A stretch of DNA of 64,000 bases from the NCBI GenBank assembly GCA_049968255.1, contig JBMFRB010000002.1, positions 64,001-128,000 on the forward strand. Reading direction: 5' to 3'. The translations under genes were made by a program, and so were the position numbers. Below the pieces are notes generated by a model, which saw only the letters and a program-made list of their open reading frames with translations, was not told the origin of the DNA and searched no databases. Below are positions 56,890-64,000 of the stretch, piece by piece (positions within the stretch are counted from its first letter, which is position 1; each line of letters starts with the position of its first letter). Origin of the DNA: Candidatus Sumerlaeaceae bacterium (GTDB lineage Bacteria; Sumerlaeota; Sumerlaeia; Sumerlaeales; Sumerlaeaceae).

Positions 56890-57741
56890 CTACGCCACAC
56901 TGATGTCTTCCGAGCGCGCGGCGAGCAAAAACTCGTGCGAAACAGCCATGCCCGCCTGAATGGCTGTCTGGAGCTGTTCATCGTTTTCGTAGGGGTTGGC
57001 GGATATAATGTAGGCGCGCACGTGATCACGGAGATTTTTGCGGAAGGGAAGGGGCTCAATTTCCAGGCCGAATTTGCCATTGGGCCGCCGGACGGTCAGT
57101 TGATCGACTGCCGCCAGATAGGGCACATTTGCGATTGTTGTAGTTCCCTGAAAATCGGTGCAGAGCAGGATGGAGAGGGCGTCGCAAACTTCGAGCAAAC
57201 GGACGTCGTCCTCAAACGTGCCACCAACGGGCACACTCGCTAGCGAGGCGGTGGCGGTATCATTTGGATTTGTGGGCAGAGCTTCTTCGAGGCTCTCAGC
57301 ACGTTTCTCTAATTCGCGGCTCCATGTTTTCAGCCGATGTTCCTGTTCAGCGAGGAATTTTCCGAGCGCCACCGCTTCGCGCGGGCTCAATCGTGCAATC
57401 TCCGATTCGCCTAGCGCACGCTTGACGAAGTATTGTGCAACTACGCATGCGCCATAAAGCAAGCCCTGCTCGGCGATCAGGGCCACGCTACGTGACCAAA
57501 TCGCATAATGTTCCGCCTTGGGCATTTCGAGGAAAGAGCGCGGCTCACCTCGCCCGTTGAGATGCGGCGTTGCGTCATATTCGGCCCAACCGTCATCGTG
57601 CATGGCGATGGCTTTAATGACCTCGCCGTTCGGGCGAACCGGCGAAAATTTCCACGCTGCCGCAATCACCCCGGCCACACGCGCGTGCTCGGCCTGCGGC
57701 ACAAGCATCCATTTGTCTTTTCCCCACCGGCGACGGATCAT
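56890..57741 (-). CDS. DUF3891 family protein (HD-like)
   Basis: MIRR, Q.EHAR, AI..HDDGW...D..P, F, IW.RS, CDALS. Confidence 0.78.
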   Translation of the reverse strand: MIRRRWGKDKWMLVPQAEHARVAGVIAAAWKFSPVRPNGEVIKAIAMHDDGWAEYDATPHLNGRGEPRSFLEMPKAEHYAIWSRSVALIAEQGLLYGACVVAQYFVKRALGESEIARLSPREAVALGKFLAEQEHRLKTWSRELEKRAESLEEALPTNPNDTATASLASVPVGGTFEDDVRLLEVCDALSILLCTDFQGTTTIANVPYLAAVDQLTVRRPNGKFGLEIEPLPFRKNLRDHVRAYIISANPYENDEQLQTAIQAGMAVSHEFLLAARSEDISVA

Positions 57742-57825
57742 CGCATTATCCCGAAGTTAGGTATCTCAGAATCGAGAGAAAACATTGCTCAGCGAGAATC
57801 AAGCGTCAAGAAACGGAAGCACATT

Positions 57826-58560
57826 TCAATCCAGAGTTGCGCGGCAAAACGTCAGACCGTAGACTGCAGTGGCACCCGCCGCGCAAAGAGCCTGCGCGCA
57901 TTCGTTGAGCGTGGCACCGGTGGTGCAAACGTCATCAACGAGAAGGATCGTTTTTCCCACAACGGCTTCGGCGTTACGGACCACAAATGCGTCGCGAACA
58001 TTTTTGGCGCGGGCACGCCGGTCGAGATGCGTTTGCGAGGGAGTTGGACGGATGCGCAGCAGTGTGTGGTCTAAGTAAGCGAGCCCCGTTTTGCGCGAGA
58101 TGGCCTCGGCAAGAAGCGCCGCTTGATTATATCCGCGTTCACGCCTTCGAGTGGGATGAAGCGGAACGGCCACGACTCCACCAAACGCCAAGGCGGAGTA
58201 GTGGGATTGCAAAGTGCGAACCATCAGCGGGGAGATGACCTCCGCATACTCTTGACGGTTGCGATATTTCAGGCGGTCGAGAATCGCAATGGCGGGGCCC
58301 TCGTATGCCGTGAACGAGCGAACCGCGACGAAGTAGATCTCACCCTTCGGGCACAAAGGGCATGCCCTCCCTGCAGCAGCCGGGGAATCTTCAGCGCCGC
58401 AGCGTGGGCAGAGGGGCAAACGCAAGGGGCGCAACGCTCGCTCGCAATTCGAGCAAACGATGCGCCCCGGTTCTAGGATTCGTTCGTCGCAACCGCAACA
58501 AATTCGTGGAAAGACAATATCCACGAGAATGCGGCCGAGCGAAACAAACGCACCAAGCAT
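57826..58560 (-). CDS. comF: ComF family amidophosphoribosyltransferase-like protein
   Basis: Double zinc ribbon, VPLH..R..RGYNQA, LLVDDVCTTGAT. Confidence 0.92.
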   Translation of the reverse strand: MLGAFVSLGRILVDIVFPRICCGCDERILEPGRIVCSNCERALRPLRLPLCPRCGAEDSPAAAGRACPLCPKGEIYFVAVRSFTAYEGPAIAILDRLKYRNRQEYAEVISPLMVRTLQSHYSALAFGGVVAVPLHPTRRRERGYNQAALLAEAISRKTGLAYLDHTLLRIRPTPSQTHLDRRARAKNVRDAFVVRNAEAVVGKTILLVDDVCTTGATLNECAQALCAAGATAVYGLTFCRATLD

Positions 58561-58566
58561 CAGGCC

Positions 58567-59763
58567 TTATTTGTCATCGAGAGCCTCGATGCCAGGCAGC
58601 TTCTTGCCCTCGAGGAACTCCAGCGATGCGCCGCCGCCAGTTGAAATGTGGGTCATTTTGTCTGCGAGTCCAAATTTTTTCACAGCCGCTGCGCTGTCGC
58701 CACCGCCGATGATCGTGACAGCGTTGGAATTGGCTAGTGCCTCGGCGATCGCCTTACTTCCACCGGCAAATTCGTCTATTTCGAACACGCCGACCGGGCC
58801 ATTCCACACTACGGTCTTGGCCTTGGCCAGCTCAGCCAGATAGAGTTCGACGGTCTTAGGCCCGATGTCCACGCCCATCCAGCCATCGGGAATTTCGCCC
58901 GCGGGGAAGACTTGGCGCGGTACGGTCGGATCAGGCTTCTCCGTGGACTGGCAACAGAGATTGTCCACCGGCAGGAGAAGCGTCTTGCCGCTAGCCTTCG
59001 CCTGCTCGAGGGTGTTCTTGGCAACTTCGAGCGTTTCTGGCTCAAAAAGCGAACTGCCAATCGAGCCACCCTGCGCTTTGATAAAGGTGTAGGTCATGGC
59101 GCCGCCCAGCACGAGAGCGTCTACCTTCTGCAGCAGATTCGAAATGACGCCGATTTTCGAGGAGACTTTTGAGCCGCCGAGAATAGCGACGAATGGACGC
59201 TCGGGGTTCGCCAGTGCCTCGCCCAAGTATTTGAGTTCCTTTTCCACGAGAAAACCGGCAACTTTGATCGGAAGGAAATGAGTGATGCCTTCCGTGGAAG
59301 CGTGGGCGCGGTGGGCTGAGCCAAACGCATCCTGCACAAAAATATCGGCCAGGGCTGCGAGCTTTTTTGCAAACTCCGGATCGTTTTTTTCTTCTTCGGG
59401 ATGGAAGCGGAGATTCTCGAGCAGGAGTACTTCGCCTTCGCCGAGCTCTGCCACCATCTTCTCGACTTCGGGCCCGACGCAGTCGGGCGCCATCTTCACG
59501 GGCTTGCCGAGCAATTCGCTCAGCTGCTTAGCTGCGGGAGTAAGGCGCATCGAATCCACGACTTTGCCTTTAGGCCGGCCGAGGTGTGAAGCGAGGATAA
59601 CTTTTGCCCCTTGCTCGATGAGATAGGTAATGGTGGGCAACGACTCGCGGATGCGAGTATCGTCAGTGATCTTGTCGCCGTCGAGCGGAACATTGAAGTC
59701 CACGCGCACAAATACGCGTTTTCCCCGCAAATCGGACAAGTCGCGCAGCGATTTTTTTGCCAT
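58567..59763 (-). CDS. pgk: Phosphoglycerate kinase
   Basis: [47 protein letters not shown]. Confidence 0.99.
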   Translation of the reverse strand: MAKKSLRDLSDLRGKRVFVRVDFNVPLDGDKITDDTRIRESLPTITYLIEQGAKVILASHLGRPKGKVVDSMRLTPAAKQLSELLGKPVKMAPDCVGPEVEKMVAELGEGEVLLLENLRFHPEEEKNDPEFAKKLAALADIFVQDAFGSAHRAHASTEGITHFLPIKVAGFLVEKELKYLGEALANPERPFVAILGGSKVSSKIGVISNLLQKVDALVLGGAMTYTFIKAQGGSIGSSLFEPETLEVAKNTLEQAKASGKTLLLPVDNLCCQSTEKPDPTVPRQVFPAGEIPDGWMGVDIGPKTVELYLAELAKAKTVVWNGPVGVFEIDEFAGGSKAIAEALANSNAVTIIGGGDSAAAVKKFGLADKMTHISTGGGASLEFLEGKKLPGIEALDDK

Positions 59764-59917
59764 AGTAACTCCTCTCACTTGTCATATGATGTGTGGAACG
59801 TAATTTGCGAAAAACGGTGCAATCAACAGAAACAGACCGTATCGAATAACGAAACATCTTCTACGGTATTCTCCAACGCGCCAGGGTGAAATAGTGGCGC
59901 TTGCGCGCTACCCAAGT

Positions 59918-60005
59918 GGAGGGGTGGCCGAGTGGTTAATGGCAACAGACTGTAAATCTGTCGCGCTAACGCGCTACGGAGGTTCGAATCCTCCCCCCTC
60001 CACCA
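59918..60005 (+). tRNA. tRNA-Tyr (GTA)
   Basis: Acceptor stem GGAGGGG/CCCCTCC, anticodon arm ACAGA-CTGTAAA-TCTGT, long variable arm, GGTTCGAATCC, encoded CCA. Confidence 0.97.
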
Positions 60006-60011
60006 GCTTTT

Positions 60012-61223
60012 CTACGCGAGGCCGAGAGCAGCCAGAAGTTTCTTTTCCAACTGTTGAAGAGTTATGTATTCGGGCAGAGTTGCGCCTGCCGAGACAATGT
60101 TCGTGTCTTTTGGTCCCGCGCCAGTGAGCATAGCCACTACTGGGGCATCGCGTGAAAGCACTCTGCGCCGTGCGAGGTTGCGCAAGGCAGGCAGAACAAG
60201 AGCGCTTGAAGGTTCAAGCCACAGGCCCGCGCGGAGTGCAATTTGCCAACCTTCTCTAATCTCATCTTCTGTCACAACTTCAGCGAGCCACTGATACCGC
60301 TTGGCTAGTTCAAGGACGTCGGTGCCGCCCGGCGGCGCATTATTGGTAAGCGCACTCGCGAGCGTTTGAGGGGGTGGATAGGGAATCGGATCCGACAAGT
60401 CGGCGAGGATGGCGTCGGCCAACGGCGCGTTCGCGGCTGCTTGGATGAGGATCATCCTTGGTAAGGTTTCGATGATCCCAGCTTGTTCGAGTTCACGCCA
60501 GCCTTTATGGAGGCCGCGAATGTGGCCAGCTGCACTTGTGGCTACGGCGACAAAATCCGGAATCATTCCCTCGAGCTGTTCGAGCAGCTCAAATGATGCG
60601 AACTTATAGCCCTCCACGCGGATCGGATTTGCTCCGGAAGTTATGCGGAGTTTGAGTGCGCGAGCCAGCGCAGCGAGGTGCCTTTTGAGTAGCCCGAGGT
60701 CGGGCGTTTTGACGCGAAGAATTTTCGCCCCGTAAAGGGCGGCTGAGAGGAGCTTTTCGGGGGCGGCTGTTGCTGGGACAATGATCACGGCCTGGAGTCC
60801 GCAACGTGCGGCGTAGGCTGCCACCGACTGCCCCATGTTGCCAGTGGAGACTGTTGCCAAGTAGTGTTCGCCAAGTTGGCGTGCGAGAGCACAGCAAGCC
60901 ACAGTCCCCCGATCTTTGAAACTCCATGTGGGATTCGCTGTTTCATTCTTGAGAAAAAGCCGATCTAGTCCTGTGTAGGCTTTCACACTTGCCGGGGCCT
61001 TGATGAGTGGTGTGTGCCCCTCGCCGAGTGTGCAGTGAGCGCAATCGACCTCGAGGTGCCAGAAATCGGCAAAGCGCTCGTAAACCGTGCGTCCTGTTCT
61101 TATGCGAGCTGCGCGATGCAGCTGGCCTTGAAGCTCGAGTGTTTCGCCGTCATCGCCAAACTCGTCAAGTTGTGTGAATGGATAGGGGCGTCCCGTTCGC
61201 AGTCCTATGAAAGCTGCACTCAT
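60012..61223 (-). CDS. thrC: Threonine synthase-like PLP-dependent enzyme
   Basis: TLGEGHTPL, KNE..NPTWSFKDRG, STGN, EPSSA, LTGAG.K. Confidence 0.75.
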   Translation of the reverse strand: MSAAFIGLRTGRPYPFTQLDEFGDDGETLELQGQLHRAARIRTGRTVYERFADFWHLEVDCAHCTLGEGHTPLIKAPASVKAYTGLDRLFLKNETANPTWSFKDRGTVACCALARQLGEHYLATVSTGNMGQSVAAYAARCGLQAVIIVPATAAPEKLLSAALYGAKILRVKTPDLGLLKRHLAALARALKLRITSGANPIRVEGYKFASFELLEQLEGMIPDFVAVATSAAGHIRGLHKGWRELEQAGIIETLPRMILIQAAANAPLADAILADLSDPIPYPPPQTLASALTNNAPPGGTDVLELAKRYQWLAEVVTEDEIREGWQIALRAGLWLEPSSALVLPALRNLARRRVLSRDAPVVAMLTGAGPKDTNIVSAGATLPEYITLQQLEKKLLAALGLA

Positions 61224-61241
61224 TTGACGTGCATCCTGATT

Positions 61242-61874
61242 TTAGTCCATTATGGGCTCGAGCAACAACCGGTAGAACCGAAAACTCAACAGCCGGTTGT
61301 CCGCGCAGCTGTCCTCAACGTCGCTCCGTGCGATTGCATAATTTGCTTTGAAATATAAAATGTTTTTCTCTTTAAGCAGCTCATGGTGAAGCATCAGCTC
61401 TTGGGGTTGCACATGTGGGACGGGGTCGAAGCCGAGCACAGTAAGTGGCGCATCGTTAAGGCGCAGCTCTAGTTGTGGCCGATCGCGTTTGAGAATCTTC
61501 CATTCTAATTCTTGCGGGAGAACGCCAAGATGTTTCAGCGCTGCAGCGATTGAAAACTTCGCTGTCGTTTGCTCGGCTTTCACGGGGATGACTTTGCGCG
61601 AAAGCTGACGGTCTCCTGCGCAAAGCTGAAATTCCCAAAGCAATGATTCGTAAAGAGCTAGGGGAGCCACCTCAAGGCGTAGACGATAATCGTGCGTGCA
61701 ATCGAGTGGCGGCAAGATGCACCACCCGAGACCATCTGAGAGCCAATTCCATGAGATTCCGCCGAAACGCTCGGGGCCCAGGAAGCTGCCACCGACGTGC
61801 GCTAGCCACTCCCGTTCTCCAAACTCAATGATAATATCAGACTGTTTTTCTGTCACAGGCTGCTCCTGCGTCAC
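61242..61874 (-). CDS. Hypothetical protein
   Basis: 210-aa ORF in a minus-strand gene run. Confidence 0.65.
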   Translation of the reverse strand: MTQEQPVTEKQSDIIIEFGEREWLAHVGGSFLGPERFGGISWNWLSDGLGWCILPPLDCTHDYRLRLEVAPLALYESLLWEFQLCAGDRQLSRKVIPVKAEQTTAKFSIAAALKHLGVLPQELEWKILKRDRPQLELRLNDAPLTVLGFDPVPHVQPQELMLHHELLKEKNILYFKANYAIARSDVEDSCADNRLLSFRFYRLLLEPIMD

Positions 61875-61940
61875 AGGTTGCTCGTGCCCCTCAAATCCCC
61901 TTGCCGGAAAAGCGTCGCCGAGGGATCGCCAGTAGATATG

Positions 61941-62462
61941 CTACTTCCGGCGCTGCTTTGGTGTGATAACGTTCTCTGTGCTTGTGTAAGTCTTCGGCAT
62001 GGTCCGCAGGGGATTGAATTTGCTTGTGATCACGGCAAAAGAGGCTTCCTTGCCGGGTTTGAAAACGAGCTTATGGCCCTCGGGAGCAGGGAATTCGTTG
62101 AAGATTGCCCTGCCCATAATTGTCTCACCCGGTCCTAAGCGCGTCGGCACGTCTATGGCTGCATTGTCCGGACTATACGGGACAATGCGGCGTGTGCCTT
62201 GAACAATGAGCGCGAAATGATAGGGACTGACATTGTAGTCACGCGTTGAGTTGTTCGTGATAGCGAACGTAATAATGTTGCCCGAAGCTTCCGCCGCCAT
62301 TGTGAAAGGCGAGGACGCAAATTCGTCAGGAACGGATGGCTCTGGCGAGGAGGAAAGACTAGAATTTGCCTTCATAGGTCTACTTCCGAGTTGAGCGCAG
62401 CCCCCGAAAATCACGCAACACATGACGACAATGAGAGACGTGGCTATACGCAAGCTTTTCAT
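61941..62462 (-). CDS. Hypothetical lipoprotein (Ig-like)
   Basis: MKSLR + hydrophobic core + FGGC lipobox; ITN.S, F.L, LGPGET..G..F pattern. Confidence 0.75.
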   Translation of the reverse strand: MKSLRIATSLIVVMCCVIFGGCAQLGSRPMKANSSLSSSPEPSVPDEFASSPFTMAAEASGNIITFAITNNSTRDYNVSPYHFALIVQGTRRIVPYSPDNAAIDVPTRLGPGETIMGRAIFNEFPAPEGHKLVFKPGKEASFAVITSKFNPLRTMPKTYTSTENVITPKQRRK

Positions 62463-62522
62463 GGGATGCTAGTTTTGGAAGAACGCGACAACGCTTCAAG
62501 GAAAACATAAGTCTTGCCTACC

Positions 62523-63347
62523 ATGGCGTCAGGGGTTCATCTGTGGCCTGTGCTCGTTCCACCCGCGATTGTCATTTCTGTGCCTACGCTGCGTGTAGCG
62601 AAGAAGCTCGCGTCGAAGCTAAGCTTTTCGCGGCGTTTGCACACAGGTTTATTTTCGCTGTGGGAGGGCTATCGCGACGGGGTTCTCGTTGCCGTCGTTT
62701 ATTGTCAGGGCGACGAGGACGTCCACTACGCCTGCGTGCGGCACCTCGCCCATCTCTACCGCGTGGCGTGTGTCACGCTCGTCGAACCAGTTGTTGCTGT
62801 CTCAGAGGATCTTGCTCTTGGGGACGTGATCATCGTACGGGAGGCACGCCATTACTTTTGCCCGACGGCGCTGCCAGGCAATCTTGATGCTCCTAATGAA
62901 CTTCTTTTCCGCGGTGAGCAGGTGCAGGAGTGGCTAGGGGCACCACCCGTTCTTGCCTCTCCAAAATTTCTCGATGCATGGTCTAGGATCAAAGCTCCGG
63001 ATTTGCGGAAAGGAATCAGCACGGTTGCAAAGTTCTGCAATATTGGTTCAAGCTCTCGCCCCATACGCGGTTGGCGCGCCCCCGAATTTGTTCGTAGCCA
63101 TTTTTCTGTCGAGGTTGTGGACGAAGGTGCTTATGGTTTTCTTTGCGCTTGCAAAGATGTCGGCTTAACGGGGGGCATCGTTGGCGTTGTCGAGGCGGCT
63201 GTCACTCATCAGCTTGGAATGACAACGGATTCTGGGACGATGTCACGTAAACTGCAGGAGGCGGCGCTCGCAGCGCTCGACGTGGCTTATGGGGAATTTG
63301 CCAGCATATCTTTTCGACGAATTCTGCCCGAAACCTGCTCGCCTTAG
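62523..63347 (+). CDS. Nucleoside phosphorylase/MTA-SAH nucleosidase fold protein, divergent
   Basis: L.LGDVII; VVDEGAYG at the usual VEMEGAA position. Confidence 0.55.
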   Translation: MASGVHLWPVLVPPAIVISVPTLRVAKKLASKLSFSRRLHTGLFSLWEGYRDGVLVAVVYCQGDEDVHYACVRHLAHLYRVACVTLVEPVVAVSEDLALGDVIIVREARHYFCPTALPGNLDAPNELLFRGEQVQEWLGAPPVLASPKFLDAWSRIKAPDLRKGISTVAKFCNIGSSSRPIRGWRAPEFVRSHFSVEVVDEGAYGFLCACKDVGLTGGIVGVVEAAVTHQLGMTTDSGTMSRKLQEAALAALDVAYGEFASISFRRILPETCSP

Positions 63348-63393
63348 GCGGCGGTTTCAGTTTTGCGGCTTCGTTCGCTTGCCTGAGAGTTTT

Positions 63394-63999
63394 CTAACGC
63401 GATGTGCGGATAATTTCGATGCGCTTGCTCTTTTTGGTGGCCTGCGGCCTAGAACTCGCTGTCTCCTTCGCGGGAATGTTGGCCGGGGAGATCCCTAATG
63501 TTTCCAAGAGAGTTCCTTTCGCTCGCTCCAACTGAATAATGGACTTATTGTACTCGATGATCGCTCGCAAAAGATTGCTGCGTGCTGCGGCGAGGTCGGT
63601 CTGGAAGCGGAGCACTTCAAAACTTGTTGCCAGGCCAACGCTTTGGCGTTTCATGCCTGTGTCAACTTTTTCGCGATTGAATTCCACGGTAGCCATGCCG
63701 ACCTCGATCTGCTGGCGGTTTGTTTCCACAGCGCGGATTGAGCTGCGCACATCCTGGATAATGTCCTGCTGGGCCTTGTCGATCATGAGGATTGCTTGCT
63801 CGATCGCCTTTTCAGCCTCTTTGAAGCGGTAGCGGGCAGCACGGTTTTGCAGAGGATAGCTGAACTGCAAGCCGACTCGCCAGTTACCGTAGTCGTTGCT
63901 GCGCGTCTCATCCCAAGCGCCCCCTGGGGTGTTGTCGACGCCAAGAGCCAGGTAGCGAGCGAACAGGTCAAGCTGCGGCAACGTTTGGTTTCTGGCAAG
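63394..63999 (-). CDS. TolC family outer membrane protein (5' partial)
   Basis: LPQLDL, W.VGLQFSYPL, GLATSFEVL..Q, LERAKGTL; frame is open to the window edge. Confidence 0.88.
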   Translation of the reverse strand, partial: LARNQTLPQLDLFARYLALGVDNTPGGAWDETRSNDYGNWRVGLQFSYPLQNRAARYRFKEAEKAIEQAILMIDKAQQDIIQDVRSSIRAVETNRQQIEVGMATVEFNREKVDTGMKRQSVGLATSFEVLRFQTDLAAARSNLLRAIIEYNKSIIQLERAKGTLLETLGISPANIPAKETASSRPQATKKSKRIEIIRTSR

Positions 64000-64000
64000 C

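Noticed and set aside
59918-60012. tRNA-Tyr as an integration site
   Set aside because: No integrase in the window and no duplicated tRNA 3' end seen; the flanks are housekeeping genes.
61852-61887. 18-bp imperfect tandem repeat (16/18 identical)
   Set aside because: Two copies at a gene start with in-frame periodicity (EQPVT); most likely a trivial local duplication.

Overview
A gene-dense bacterial chromosomal segment of about 60 CDS plus tRNA-Tyr(GTA). It is mostly housekeeping and envelope genes: glnE (5' partial), orphan sdhC, nifU, three GT4s, a macro domain, scpAB, nadD, a polyprenyl synthase, rluB, deoC, lysS, zapA, recR, carD, rsfS, yqeK, an M16 peptidase pair, a cyclophilin, purN/purB, comF, pgk, a thrC-like gene and a TolC-family gene (5' partial). 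I saw no integrase, transposase, CRISPR array or rRNA. The most unusual features are: (1) an intact ~1045-aa DnaE paralog that has lost its polymerase catalytic motifs and most of the fingers but keeps PHP, HhH, OB and C-terminal regions; (2) two paralogous secreted Asp-box proteins ending in V-x-D-W-N-L-[F/Y] that flank a parvulin foldase, a candidate sorting-signal or surface-protein locus; (3) a DeoC with a microcompartment encapsulation-peptide-like N-terminus; (4) a candidate RBS-sequestering RNA switch ahead of an ACT-domain gene; (5) a GGDEF fused to a kinase module whose H-box His is replaced by Asp; (6) a 14-bp tandem repeat resembling the yeast FRT site. All calls come from reading motifs by eye; no database searches were run, and some start codons were moved from the ORF track using RBS and overlap cues.
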